The notes under the pieces were generated by a model, which did not search any database, had not been told where the DNA came from, and saw only the letters and a list, made by a program, of their open reading frames with translations. The position numbers were made by a program, and so were the translations under genes. From assembly GCA_003135555.1 (NCBI GenBank), contig PLCF01000085.1, positions 64,001 through 128,000 of the forward strand: 64,000 nucleotides of DNA, written 5' to 3'. Below, piece after piece: positions 27,747 through 37,885 of the stretch. This DNA is from Vulcanimicrobiota bacterium. Lineage in GTDB: Bacteria; Vulcanimicrobiota; Vulcanimicrobiia; Vulcanimicrobiales; Vulcanimicrobiaceae. Position 1 is the stretch's first letter. Every line of letters begins with the position of its first letter.

Positions 27747-28202
27747 ATGTCTGACGAGAGCTATCCCTTCATCGAGCGAGTGCTCGAGCACTGGAGGGCT
27801 CGTAGGGTGCCCTACCTTCCCGGAGTCGCCAAAGAGCAATTGCAGACGTTTGAGCGAGAGAAGAATCTGCGCTTGCCGGTTGAACTACGTGCTTTCTATT
27901 TGGCAACAAACGGTGTTCGAGTGCCGGGAACCATGGAGGTCGACGACAAGAACTACGACTTCTGGCCACTCGAAAAGCTCCAAGTCGTCGAGGGAGAGCC
28001 ATCAAAGCTCTACTTCGCGGACTTTCAACAGTCAACTTGGACATTTGCGATCGAACTCGAGGGCAATGAGACCGCTAATCCAGGTGCGGTGTACGTCGCT
28101 GACGCTAGGTTCATACCTATTGCGGATTCGTTCGCTGAGTTCATGAATCTATACATTGCGGACGACCCGTTGATCTATCCAATTACCTGGAAGGCGCAGT
28201 AA
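27747..28202 (+). CDS. SMI1/KNR4 (SUKH) family immunity-type protein
   Basis: EQLQTFEREKNLRLPVELRAFYLATNG...IADSFAEFM; AGGAGG RBS. Confidence 0.85.
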   Translation: MSDESYPFIERVLEHWRARRVPYLPGVAKEQLQTFEREKNLRLPVELRAFYLATNGVRVPGTMEVDDKNYDFWPLEKLQVVEGEPSKLYFADFQQSTWTFAIELEGNETANPGAVYVADARFIPIADSFAEFMNLYIADDPLIYPITWKAQ

Positions 28203-28331
28203 CGGTGCACCTTCGGGCCGGGGGAGTTTCGCCACAAATCAGCCCTCTCTAGCGAGATCACTTGGCTGAACCAAAGCGTCGTCGCGGCCACGTTACACTT
28301 AACTGCGATCAGGTCATTAAAATGGCGTTGG

Positions 28332-28357
28332 AAGAGGCCGGCCTGGGCCGGCTTCTT
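28332..28357. terminator. terminator-like hairpin
   Basis: AAGAGGCCGGC-ctgg-GCCGGCTTCTT. Confidence 0.5.
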
Positions 28358-28451
28358 GGAGTCCCCGCGATAGACGCCCATAACCACATGGATCAACCGG
28401 CCGCTGGGAAGGACGCGCAACCAAAGTAGATATGGCCGCATCGAGCACCCT

Positions 28452-28844
28452 ATGCACCGCCTAGGCTTGGCCCTCCTCGCAGACGTAAGTCTCGCTGCCG
28501 TGCTCTCCGCAGCGCAATTCATGATCTTATTTCAGATACAATTGGCATTCACAGCGGATCATGCCCTGCTCTATTTCGGCTCGCCGTTGGGTTTACTGCT
28601 GGGCCCTGCTTTGTACGTATTATGCCGACGAGGCAAGAAATCAAAACACCGTTTGATCCTTGACGTCGTCGTGGCTGCGGCGGTTCTGCTGCTATTAAGC
28701 GCAATGATTTTGAGCATCGGCCAAGGGATACCGAGTTTTTTCGAGGTGCTCACCTGGCTCGTCCTTCTCAGCCCGGCAGTGCTCGAGGCCGTGGGGCTAA
28801 TTGTTTTGGAATGGCTGATTCGGAAGGGGCGTTCGGGTACCTGA
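28452..28844 (+). CDS. small multi-TM hypothetical protein
   Basis: 130-aa ORF with four hydrophobic segments, AT-richer codon usage. Confidence 0.55.
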   Translation: MHRLGLALLADVSLAAVLSAAQFMILFQIQLAFTADHALLYFGSPLGLLLGPALYVLCRRGKKSKHRLILDVVVAAAVLLLLSAMILSIGQGIPSFFEVLTWLVLLSPAVLEAVGLIVLEWLIRKGRSGT

Positions 28845-29079
28845 AAGAGCGCGAGCGCCGTCGGCAGCTACGAACCGCTCGACGTGCTTGCGCATCGCTG
28901 AACCTTGGCACGATACGCGGAGAGGTCGCTCGCGTCAGCCTGTGGAGCGGAAGGCTCTGGCGATCGTCGCAGACGGCCGTGAAACCAGCCGCATAGAAGC
29001 AGGAACGGTGGCCAGGACGAGATGCCCATGCAATCAGAACAGGAGCATGTGACGGTCGCGCCCGAACGTGGGCCGTTCC

Positions 29080-31884
29080 ATGTCCGTGCCGCCCGAACGC
29101 GATTATCGCTGGTCCTTGAACCTGCCCAAGACCGAGTTTCCGATGCGGGCCGAGCTCCCCAAGCGGGAGCCGGCTCGCGTGCAGTGGTGGGCCGAACGCC
29201 ACACCTACCTGCGCCGGCTCGAGCAGAACCGGCGCCGCGGCGGTGCGCCCTTCGTGCTGCATGACGGCCCGCCCTATGCCAACGGCGAGCTGCACATGGG
29301 ACATTTTCTCAACCGCGTGCTCAAGGACGCGCTCGTCAAGATCCATCTGCTCGACGGCGAGTACGCCGACTTCGTCCCGGGCTGGGACATGCACGGGCTG
29401 CCGATCGAGCGCGAGACGCTGGCGCACCTCAAGCTCGACTTCCGCCAAGCCGATCCGCTGACGCTGCGCCGCGCGTGCCGTGAGCGCGCGTTGTACTGGC
29501 TGAACCTCCAGCGCGAGCAGATGTTCCGCATGGGCGTCGGCTTCGGGCGCTACGACGATCCGTACATGACGATCGCACCGCAGTTCGAAGCCGCGATCGT
29601 CGAGACGCTGGCCGATCTCGCCGAGAAGGACTACCTCTACAAAGGGCTGCGCTCGACGCTGTGGTGCGTCTACGACGAGACCGCGCTGGCCGAGGCGGAG
29701 ATCGAGTACAAGAACCACACCTCACCCTCGATCTACGTCCGCTTTCGCGCCGGCGACGCGCATCGGCACGCCTTGCTGAGCGCGTTCGGGCTCGACGACG
29801 ACGGGACGCCGCTCTCGATCGCGATCTGGACCACCACGCCGTGGACGCTGCCCGCCAACGTCGCGATCGCGCTGCTGCCCGGCGCAACGTACGGCCTCTA
29901 TCGCGTCGGCGACGAAGACGTGATCGTCGCCGAGAAGCTGGCCTCCGACGTGCTCGCGCGTTTCGGCGCAGGCCCCGGCGTGCTGCGCGCCGAGACCGAC
30001 GCGGCGGCGCTCGAGCGGCTCGCCGTGCGTCACCCGTTCCTGGACCGCGATGCGCTCGTCGTGCTCGCCGAGTACGTCGAGCTCGAGACCGGGACCGGCG
30101 CCGTGCACACCGCGCCCGGCCACGGTGCCGACGACTTCGAGACCGGCGTGCGCTACGAGTTGCCGATCATCAATCCCGTCGATGCCGGCGGGCGGTTCAC
30201 CGCCGAGGCGGGGCCCTACGCCGGACTGCACATCTTCGAGGCCAACGCGCGCATCGTCGACGACCTGCGCGCTTCCGGAGCGCTTATCGCCGGCGAGTCC
30301 TACGAGCATAGCTATCCGCACTGCTGGCGCTGCAAGAACCCGGTCATTTTCCGCGCCACCTCGCAGTGGTTCATCGGGATGGACCGCCGGGAGCTGCGCG
30401 AGCGCGCCGAGCAGGCCGTTCACACGGTCCGCTGGTCGCCCGCGTGGGGCGAGACGCGGATGTCGCAGATGGTCGGCAACCATCCGGAGTGGTGCGTCTC
30501 GCGCCAGCGGGTGTGGGGAACACCGATCCCGTCGGTCGTTTGCACGGCGTGCAACGAGTCGCTGCTCGATCCGCAGCTCGCGCGCAGCTTCGCGACGGCG
30601 ATGCGCGCCCGCTCGTTCGACGAAGGCAACGCGTCGGATCTTTGGTGGACGCAGCCTTGGGAACGCTTCGCACCCCCCGGCCTGGCCTGTCCCGGTTGCG
30701 GCGCTACGGCGTTCGCCAAAGAGTTCAACATCGTCGACATCTGGTTCGAGTCGGGCGTGACGTGGCGCGCCGTGCTCGTCGAGCGCGGCATGAAATTCCC
30801 CGCCGACGCCTACCTCGAGGGCGCCGACCAATACCGGGGCTGGTTTCGCTCGAACCTTATCACCGCGGTCGCGACCCGCGATACCGCGCCCTACGAGAAG
30901 GTCATCTCGTACGGGTGGGTCGTCGACGAGCACGGCCGCGCGATGCACAAGTCGACCGGCAACTACCTCGCCGCCGACGAAGCGATGACCAAGTACGGCG
31001 CCGACTTGCTGCGGCTGTGGACCGCCTCGACCGACGTCTCGGTCGGCGACGTGCGCTTGGGTGCGACGTTGCTCGACAACGTCGCCAACGTCTACCGCAA
31101 CCTGCGCAACCGGCTGCGCTTTCTGCTGGGCCTCGTCGCGGACCTCACGCCCGCGACGCGCGTCGCCCGCGCGAAGATGGAGCCGCTGGACCGGCTCGCG
31201 CTCGCCGCGTTCGACGCGTTCGCCGCCGAGGTCATGGCCCACTATCGGGGCTTCCGCCTGCACGACGCCTACCTGGCGATCCAGCGCTTCGACAAAGAGG
31301 ATCTCTCCGCGTTCTATGGCGACGCGCTCAAGGACCGGCTCTACTCGTCGAGCCGCGACGCGGCGCGCCGGCGCAGCGGGCAGTCGGCGCTCTTCGAGAT
31401 CTTCCGCACGACCTGCGCGCTGCTGGCGCCGATCCTGTCGTTCACCGCGGAGGAGGCGTGGCAGCACCTTTCCGAGGACCTGCGCGGCGCCGACGAATCG
31501 GTGTTCGACCTCTCCTTCCCGCACGTCGACGCGGTCGACGCGGAGTCGCTCGCGGTGTGGAGTGCGCTCAAAGAGCTGCGGGCGCAGGTCGCGGCGAGCG
31601 AAGGCGTGCGCGACTTCGCGCTCGACGCGCACATCGAGGTCGCGCCGCCGTTGTACGACCGGTTCGTCGGACTGGGCGACAACCTGCGCGAGGCGCTGGT
31701 GGTCTCCGCGGTCCGCGGCCTGGGCGCCTCGGCCGACGGTGCGTCACGCGTCGCGCTCTTCCCCGCGGCGGGCGAGAAGTGTCAGCGCTGCTGGAAGTAT
31801 CTCCCGCTGGGGCTCGATCGCGAGCACCCCGCGCTGTGCGCGCCCTGCGCCGCCATCGTGCGCGAGCTGCGCCCGAACGGATAG
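29080..31884 (+). CDS. ileS: isoleucine--tRNA ligase (type 1)
   Basis: LNLPKTEFPMRA, LHDGPPYANGELHMGH, PGWDMHGLPIE, WTTTPWTLPAN, WCVSRQRVWGTPIP, AMHKSTGN, C-terminal KCQRCW...CAPC zinc finger. Confidence 0.97.
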   Translation: MSVPPERDYRWSLNLPKTEFPMRAELPKREPARVQWWAERHTYLRRLEQNRRRGGAPFVLHDGPPYANGELHMGHFLNRVLKDALVKIHLLDGEYADFVPGWDMHGLPIERETLAHLKLDFRQADPLTLRRACRERALYWLNLQREQMFRMGVGFGRYDDPYMTIAPQFEAAIVETLADLAEKDYLYKGLRSTLWCVYDETALAEAEIEYKNHTSPSIYVRFRAGDAHRHALLSAFGLDDDGTPLSIAIWTTTPWTLPANVAIALLPGATYGLYRVGDEDVIVAEKLASDVLARFGAGPGVLRAETDAAALERLAVRHPFLDRDALVVLAEYVELETGTGAVHTAPGHGADDFETGVRYELPIINPVDAGGRFTAEAGPYAGLHIFEANARIVDDLRASGALIAGESYEHSYPHCWRCKNPVIFRATSQWFIGMDRRELRERAEQAVHTVRWSPAWGETRMSQMVGNHPEWCVSRQRVWGTPIPSVVCTACNESLLDPQLARSFATAMRARSFDEGNASDLWWTQPWERFAPPGLACPGCGATAFAKEFNIVDIWFESGVTWRAVLVERGMKFPADAYLEGADQYRGWFRSNLITAVATRDTAPYEKVISYGWVVDEHGRAMHKSTGNYLAADEAMTKYGADLLRLWTASTDVSVGDVRLGATLLDNVANVYRNLRNRLRFLLGLVADLTPATRVARAKMEPLDRLALAAFDAFAAEVMAHYRGFRLHDAYLAIQRFDKEDLSAFYGDALKDRLYSSSRDAARRRSGQSALFEIFRTTCALLAPILSFTAEEAWQHLSEDLRGADESVFDLSFPHVDAVDAESLAVWSALKELRAQVAASEGVRDFALDAHIEVAPPLYDRFVGLGDNLREALVVSAVRGLGASADGASRVALFPAAGEKCQRCWKYLPLGLDREHPALCAPCAAIVRELRPNG

Positions 31885-31944
31885 TTCCCGGCGCGTCCGC
31901 CCCTGTGACACGCACGTGGCACACCGAACCCGTACGCTCGTGGG

Positions 31945-32175
31945 GTGGCATATCCGTTACCGGCCGGCATCTCGGGGCTGGTGGACCCCGATGACGAGCC
32001 CTACATCGCGATCCTCGAGGAATGCGCCGCGATGCGCCGGCGGCTCGGTTTTCCCAGCTACAGCCGGGCCGACATCGAGCGGCTCTTCGCGGTGAAGGAC
32101 ACGCCGGCACCGGACGATCCGCTCCCGCCCAAGGTGCGGCGACTCGCCCCGCGGCGGCGCCGTCCCAGCGACTGA
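31945..32175 (+). CDS. small hypothetical protein
   Basis: 76-aa ORF with typical GC3 codon usage from 31981; start may be 31981. Confidence 0.5.
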   Translation: MAYPLPAGISGLVDPDDEPYIAILEECAAMRRRLGFPSYSRADIERLFAVKDTPAPDDPLPPKVRRLAPRRRRPSD

Positions 32176-32295
32176 GTGCGTTCCTTTCGGCCATGGTTCG
32201 CGCATAGCGCGGTGCCGCGAGGTAGGCGCTAGGCTTCACGCGTACGCATTATCATGGCTCTACGCGGAGCGGGTTGTCGCGCAGGAGGGTCAAAC

Positions 32296-32892
32296 GTGCC
32301 GTCGGCATCCGCGCCGACCACCGCAGTGGCATTTTTCGATGCGCTGGCATCGTTAGAACGGTACCGCGAGCGCTTCGCAGCGGCCATCGAGGACGCGCTG
32401 CGCCTGGCGCGGACCGGCGAGGTCTCGGACTGCCGCAATGCCTTGATCGTTCTCGCCGACGCGTGCGGCAGGTCCGACGCCGAACGCGCGCTGTGCCGGG
32501 CGCTGCTTGCGCTGACCTCGCTCGCGCTCGGCGACGACCACGCGGCGCGACGGTACGGCCGCCAGGCGACCGCGGCCTGCGCTCGGCGCCGCAGACGGAT
32601 GCCGGAGTACGAGCTGCGCCACCTACGCTTGGCGCGCGCGCTGTTGGCGATGCTGGCGCGCGAACGTCGCGCGCTGCGGTCGCCGGGCGGACCGCTCACG
32701 GCGACCGAGATCGAGATCTTGAAGCTCGTCTCCGACGGGCGCAACGCGCCTGAGATCGCGACGATCACCGGACGCAGTCCACACACCGTCAGAACGCACA
32801 TCCGCAACGCCGGCGGCAAGCTCGAAGCCCGCGGCCGGGCCGGCATGGTGACGCGCGCACGGCAGTTGGGGTTGTTGCCGGTCAGAGCTTGA
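32296..32892 (+). CDS. LuxR-type HTH transcriptional regulator
   Basis: C-terminal LTATEIEILKLVSDGRNAPEIATITGRSPHTVRTHIRNAGGKL; AGGAGG RBS. Confidence 0.85.
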   Translation: MPSASAPTTAVAFFDALASLERYRERFAAAIEDALRLARTGEVSDCRNALIVLADACGRSDAERALCRALLALTSLALGDDHAARRYGRQATAACARRRRRMPEYELRHLRLARALLAMLARERRALRSPGGPLTATEIEILKLVSDGRNAPEIATITGRSPHTVRTHIRNAGGKLEARGRAGMVTRARQLGLLPVRA

Positions 32893-33709
32893 GGCGGTAG
32901 CCGATCACCGGCGCGAACCCGACGTTGCGATCGGCGAGCTGACCCGGGAAGTCGTCGTAGTGCGCGACGTAGTTCAAGTAGCGCAAACCGTAGAGCAGCT
33001 CACCGCGCTTGGACAGGCGATGGCCGACGCGTATCGAGAGATCGACTTGCGACGCGTTTTCCGGGTCGGAATACGTGTTCTCGACCTGGGTGCAACCCGG
33101 GCCGGGCGGCGGGCCCGCGCCTGGCGAGCAGCGGAAATTGAAGGTCGGGATGCGCGTGAACTGCGTGCCGCGCATGCGCGGGTCCGCCGCCGCCCACATC
33201 TCGATCCGGTCCCGTCCCGACGCCAGCACGCGGCCGGCTTCGAGACGCATCCCGGTGACGCGCGAGTACTGCGCCTCGGAGCCGTTGATGGGAACGACGT
33301 CGGGACCGCGCGTGTAGAAAAACGAGCCGTTGACGGACCGATAGATCGTGATCTGGTTGTAGACCGTTTGCCCGATCCCGGCGAACCAGCCGCCGCCGAA
33401 CGTCTGCCGATAGGTGGCGTTGAGGATGCCCAGGCGCGTCGAAATTGCGCCGGTTCCGGCGGTGTTGTAGCCGAAGGTTACCGGCGGCAGGCCTTCGATC
33501 CGAATGCTGCTGCGTTTCATGGCGACCGTGAGCTCGGCCAGCGGTACGGGCGCGAAGACGAGCTTGTCGACGTGTGCGCCGTTGACTTCGTGATGGCCGG
33601 TGAGTGGGTTCACGGTGAGCGCGAAGGTCGTCTGCACCGGATCGGCGCACGCGCTCGCACTCGTCCACGCAAACAGCAGCGCCGTCGCGCAGACCGACCC
33701 AAGCCTCAC
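32882..33709 (-). CDS. outer-membrane beta-barrel-like hypothetical protein
   Basis: Signal peptide, amphipathic strands, C-terminal VIGYRLKL; GTGA overlap with tgt. Confidence 0.65.
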   Translation of the reverse strand: MRLGSVCATALLFAWTSASACADPVQTTFALTVNPLTGHHEVNGAHVDKLVFAPVPLAELTVAMKRSSIRIEGLPPVTFGYNTAGTGAISTRLGILNATYRQTFGGGWFAGIGQTVYNQITIYRSVNGSFFYTRGPDVVPINGSEAQYSRVTGMRLEAGRVLASGRDRIEMWAAADPRMRGTQFTRIPTFNFRCSPGAGPPPGPGCTQVENTYSDPENASQVDLSIRVGHRLSKRGELLYGLRYLNYVAHYDDFPGQLADRNVGFAPVIGYRLKL

Positions 33710-34860
33710 GCGTCGTCCTTTGGGATCGCGCCCGCGCGCGCCTCCACGTGCGCGGCGTCACCGCCCGCTTCGAGCGCGTCGCGAAACGCGGACCAGCGAT
33801 CGCTCGCGATCGCCTCGCGTGCGGCTGCGACGAGCCCGGTCAACGCCGCGACGTTGTGATACGAGAGCAAGCGTTGCGCGAGCAGCTCGCCGGCACGAAA
33901 CAGATGCGCCACGTAGGCCTTGGTGTGGGTGCTGCAAACGCGGCACGAACAATCGGGATCCAGCGGCCCGAAGTCGCGCACGTTGGCGGCGTTGCGGACG
34001 TTGTATTCGGCGCCGGCGCGCGTCAGCACACGTCCGTGGCGCCCGCTGCGCGTCGGGTAGACGCAGTCGAACAGATCGATCCCGCGGTCGATCCCCGCCA
34101 CGAGATCGCGCACGGTCCCCACGCCCATGAGATAGCGCGGCTTGTGCGGCGGCAACAGCTCGGCGGTAAAGCGGGCGACGCGGTCCATCTCGGCGCGTGA
34201 CTCACCGACCGACAGGCCGCCGATGGCGTAGCCCGGCAGGTCCAGCGCGCACAGCTCCGCGGCGCTGCGGGCGCGCAGATCCTCGTCCAGCCCGCCTTGC
34301 ACGATGCCGAAGAGCAGCGTGCGGTCCGCGTGGCGGCGCGCGCCGGCGCAGCGCTGCGCCCAGGCGCTGGTGCGCGCCACGGCGCGCTCGAGGTCGGCGG
34401 CGGCCGACGGCAGCTTCACGCACTCGTCGAACGCCATCGCGATGTCGACGCCCAGTTCTTCCTGAAACGCGACGACCGACTCGGGCGTGAAGCGATGTGC
34501 GCTGCCGTCGAGGTGCGAGCGAAACGTGACGCCGTCGTCGTCGACCTCGCGCCGCGACTCCAAGCTGAACACTTGATAGCCGCCCGAATCGGTCAAGAGC
34601 GGCCCGTCCCAGGCCATGAAGCGGTGGATCCCGCCGGCTGCGTCGAGCGTCTCGCGGCCCGGCCGCAGCCACAAGTGGTAGGCGTTGGCGAGCACGATGC
34701 GGGCGCCCAGCTCGCGCAGGTCGCGCGGTTCGAGCAGCTTGACGTCGCCCAGCGTTCCGACGGGCATGAAGCACGGCGTCGCAACGTCACCGTGCGCGGT
34801 GGTCAGCGTCCCCTGTCGCGCCGCGCCCGATGTCGCATGCAGGGAGAACTGCCCGATCAC
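33706..34860 (-). CDS. tgt: tRNA-guanine(34) transglycosylase
   Basis: TPCFMPVGT, LANAYHLWLRPG, LTDSGGYQVFSL, FGIVQGG, AIGGLSVGE, PRYLMGVG, FDCVYPTR, CSCRVC. Confidence 0.96.
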   Translation of the reverse strand: MIGQFSLHATSGAARQGTLTTAHGDVATPCFMPVGTLGDVKLLEPRDLRELGARIVLANAYHLWLRPGRETLDAAGGIHRFMAWDGPLLTDSGGYQVFSLESRREVDDDGVTFRSHLDGSAHRFTPESVVAFQEELGVDIAMAFDECVKLPSAAADLERAVARTSAWAQRCAGARRHADRTLLFGIVQGGLDEDLRARSAAELCALDLPGYAIGGLSVGESRAEMDRVARFTAELLPPHKPRYLMGVGTVRDLVAGIDRGIDLFDCVYPTRSGRHGRVLTRAGAEYNVRNAANVRDFGPLDPDCSCRVCSTHTKAYVAHLFRAGELLAQRLLSYHNVAALTGLVAAAREAIASDRWSAFRDALEAGGDAAHVEARAGAIPKDDA

Positions 34861-35753
34861 GATGGGGGGCGCAGCATCGCCAGCGTGGCGACGTATTCCG
34901 GCGGGGGCTCGCTCTCGAAGTTCATCATCTGTTTGGTGCGCGGGTGCTTGAAGCGCAGCCGCCACGCGTGCAGCGCCTGACCGGGCAGCGGAAGCCGCGA
35001 ATCGCTGCGCCCGTAGATCGGATCGTTGAGGACCGCATGTCCGAGTGCCGCCATGTGGACGCGGATCTGGTGCGTGCGTCCGGTTTCGAGCCAGAACGTC
35101 AGCTCGCTCGTCCCGATCAGCCGCTCGCGCAACGCATAGTGCGTCACCGACGGCTTGCCCTCGGTGCGGATGGCGTACTTCATCCGGTTGCGCGGATCGC
35201 GCCCGATCGCGCCCCGAATCGTCCCCTCCGGATCGTCCGGAACGCCGATCACGATGCCGCGGTACTCCCGCTCGATGTACCGCGCTTGCATCGCGCGGCC
35301 CAACGTCGCGAGCGCGGCGTCGGTCTTTGCCACCAGCAGCAGCCCCGACGTGTCGCGGTCCAACCGGTGCACCAGGCCGGCGCGGATCCGTTCGCCCGGG
35401 AGCGTCTGCACGTGGGCGAGCAGCGCGTTGACCAGCGTGCCGTCGGTGGCACCGTGAGCGGGATGCGTCACCATCCCGGCGGCCTTGTCGACCACCAGCA
35501 GGTCGTCGTCTTCGTACACGATGTCGAGCGGCAGCTGCTCGGGCTCGGCCGACAGCGTGCGCGGCGCGTCGATCGCATACGCGATCGTGTCGCCCGGGTC
35601 GAGCAGGGTGCTGGGCTTGCCGGCGGCACCGTTGACGGTTGCCGCGCCGGCGCGCAGCGCGGCGGCGACGTGCGAGCGCGAGAAGCCCGTCAGCCGCGTG
35701 ACGAGAACGTCGAGCCGGACGCCGGCATCGGCGTCGTCGACGAGGTGCGTCAG
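34857..35753 (-). CDS. RluA/RluD family pseudouridine synthase with S4 domain
   Basis: RLDVLV, IVYEDDDLLVVDKAAGMVTHP, VHRLDRDTSG, LETGRTHQIRVH, QALHA; start codon non-canonical or uncertain. Confidence 0.93.
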   Translation of the reverse strand: MTHLVDDADAGVRLDVLVTRLTGFSRSHVAAALRAGAATVNGAAGKPSTLLDPGDTIAYAIDAPRTLSAEPEQLPLDIVYEDDDLLVVDKAAGMVTHPAHGATDGTLVNALLAHVQTLPGERIRAGLVHRLDRDTSGLLLVAKTDAALATLGRAMQARYIEREYRGIVIGVPDDPEGTIRGAIGRDPRNRMKYAIRTEGKPSVTHYALRERLIGTSELTFWLETGRTHQIRVHMAALGHAVLNDPIYGRSDSRLPLPGQALHAWRLRFKHPRTKQMMNFESEPPPEYVATLAMLRPPS

Positions 35754-36202
35754 GCGTGTTTCTCGCGGCGCAGCGAGGCCAATACCAGCAGCACGACGCC
35801 GACGGTGATGCAGGAGTCCGCGACGTTGAAGATGTTCGGCCAGATGTTGTGGAAATCGATGAAGTCGACAACCCAGCGGTGCTGCAGGCGGTCGACGATG
35901 TTGCCGATCGCGCCCCCGACGATCATCCCGAACGCGATGCGCACGACGTTGGAATGCTTGACCGCGTCGCGAAACGCGAAGCCGAAGACGCCCAGCACGA
36001 TCAACGCCAGCACGATCAGCAGCACGGGCGAGTTCCCGAACAGCCCGAACGCGCCGTACGGGTTTTGCGTGTAGCTGAACCACAGCAGCCCCGGCACGAT
36101 CACTCGGCCCGGCGCGCCGGGGACGAGATGCGCCATCACGAACGCCTTGGAAAAATGGTCGAGGGCGAAGACGCCGGCCGCGACGAGCCACAACAGGATC
36201 AC
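35750..36202 (-). CDS. lspA: signal peptidase II
   Basis: NPYGAFG, GGAIGNIVDRL, VVDFID, FNVADSCIT. Confidence 0.94.
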   Translation of the reverse strand: MILLWLVAAGVFALDHFSKAFVMAHLVPGAPGRVIVPGLLWFSYTQNPYGAFGLFGNSPVLLIVLALIVLGVFGFAFRDAVKHSNVVRIAFGMIVGGAIGNIVDRLQHRWVVDFIDFHNIWPNIFNVADSCITVGVVLLVLASLRREKHA

Positions 36203-36234
36203 CGCCGCGGGCTTCGACGCGCCCGGCGTTGTTC

Positions 36235-36960
36235 CTAAAGGCCCGGGACCGGCACGTGCCCGTAGAACCAGCCCGCCACCCGCCCGAAGGTTCCGGTGAC
36301 GAGCACCAGGCCGGTCAGCACTAGGAAGACTCCGGCCCCGATCTCGATCGCGCCCAGGTAGCGTTTGATCCGGTTGAGCGCTCCCAACGCCTGCGTGATC
36401 GCGGCGGCGGTGATCAAGAACGGCACCGCCAAACCCATCGAGTAGACGAACAGGAAGAACGCCGCCGGCCCGTATTGCTGCTGTGACGCTTTGAGGATGA
36501 TGAGCGAGAGGATCGGGCCGATGCAAGGCGACCAGCCTGCCGCGAAGCCGATTCCCACCAGGAACGAGGCGAGCACGGAGCGGTTGGCGCTGCGGAACTG
36601 CAGCCGCTTGTCCATCATGAGCGCCGGAATCTTGAACACCCCGATCATGTTGAGCCCGAGCACGATCACCAGCGCGCCGCCGATCCGCGCGATCCAGTCC
36701 TTGTAGTCGACGAACACCGAGCCCAGCGCGCTCGCCGACAGCCCGATCGCCATGAACACCACGGTGAAGCCGGCCACGAACGCCAGCGCGTGCAGCATCA
36801 CGCGGGCCCGGCTCGCTGCGTCGGACTGAGCTTTGAGCTCCTCGAGGCTCGACCCGGTGAGGAAAGAGAGATAGGCCGGGATCAGCGGCAGCACGCAGGG
36901 CGAGACGAACGAGACGAGCCCGGCGAGGAAAGCGGTCAGGACGTTGACGTTGGCGGCCAC
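36235..36960 (-). CDS. ccdA: cytochrome c biogenesis protein CcdA
   Basis: FLAGLVSFVSPCVLPLIPAYLS, FAAGWSPCIGPIL, YSMGLAVPF. Confidence 0.93.
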   Translation of the reverse strand: MAANVNVLTAFLAGLVSFVSPCVLPLIPAYLSFLTGSSLEELKAQSDAASRARVMLHALAFVAGFTVVFMAIGLSASALGSVFVDYKDWIARIGGALVIVLGLNMIGVFKIPALMMDKRLQFRSANRSVLASFLVGIGFAAGWSPCIGPILSLIILKASQQQYGPAAFFLFVYSMGLAVPFLITAAAITQALGALNRIKRYLGAIEIGAGVFLVLTGLVLVTGTFGRVAGWFYGHVPVPGL

Positions 36961-37022
36961 GAGCCCCTATACACCGCCCAAGGGGGAGGCGGTTCCGGCC
37001 CGGCGACCGTAACCAGCCCGCG

Positions 37023-37873
37023 GTGAGCCACTGGTTCGATTATCCGCACATCGACCCGATCGCGTTTCGAGTCGGGGTCGAGTTCCACATCGGGTCGTTC
37101 ACCTACCACCCGATCCCGGTCCATTGGTACGGGCTCTCGTACCTGTTCGGGTTCATCTGCGTCTACCTGTGGATGAACCGTCCCGAAGGGCGCCGCCGGC
37201 TCGGGCTGACCTCCGACGAGATCCAGGATTTCCTGGTCTACGCGCTCGTCGGCGTGCTGGTCGGGGGCCGGACCGGCTTCGTGATCGCCGACCTCATCAC
37301 CAGGCACAATCTGGGCGACTACCTCGCCAACCCGGTGAACTTCATCGCGATCTGGCAGGGCGGGATGGCCTTTCACGGCGCGCTCGTCGGCGTGATCCTG
37401 GCGATCCTGATCTACCTGCGCAAACACCCCGGGCTCGCGTTCGGCATCCTGGGCGACGAAATCGTGCCGCTGTTGTCGATCGGCATCTTCACGACGCGGC
37501 TGGTCAACTTCATCAACGACGAGCTGCCTGGGAAGCTGTGCCTGCCCGACCATCCCGTACTGCATCCTGTTTCCGGCGTATTCGCAACGGCTACCGGTAC
37601 CCATCGCAGATCTTCGAAGCGATCCTCGACATCCTGACGCTGCCGATCATCCTGCTGGTGTATCGCGCGCGCCCGCCGGCCGGCGTGGTGACCTGGACGT
37701 GGTTCACCATCTACGGCATCACCCGAGCGATCGCGGAGATCTGGCGCGAGCCGGGCTTCACCGTGATCGGACTCGACGGCGGGCAGTTCGTCGCGGTCGT
37801 GCAGATCCTCATCGGCGTCAGCGCTCCTCGTCTACACGCTATTCGGCGCGGGACCCGCGCGCAGGCGCGGTGA
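37023..37873 (+). pseudogene. lgt: prolipoprotein diacylglyceryl transferase, frameshifted (probably sequencing error)
   Basis: HWYGLSY, IWQGGMAFHGAL, RLVNFINDEL in one frame; RYPSQIFEA...EIWREP in a frame shifted by +2 after ~37555-37585. Confidence 0.85.
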
Positions 37874-37885
37874 AGCGATTCGCCC

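Noticed and set aside
28850..29079. Possible T-box leader before ileS
   Set aside because: No T-box GGTGGNACCGCG sequence or terminator found.
31945..32892. Second peptide-LuxR pair
   Set aside because: The upstream small ORF has no signal peptide and the LuxR protein has only a short N-terminal region.
33706..35871. 721-aa ORF, and similar long extensions of tpiA, pgk, kal and prsA in the ORF track
   Set aside because: N-terminal extensions overlap neighbouring genes in other frames; family motifs begin at the downstream starts given.
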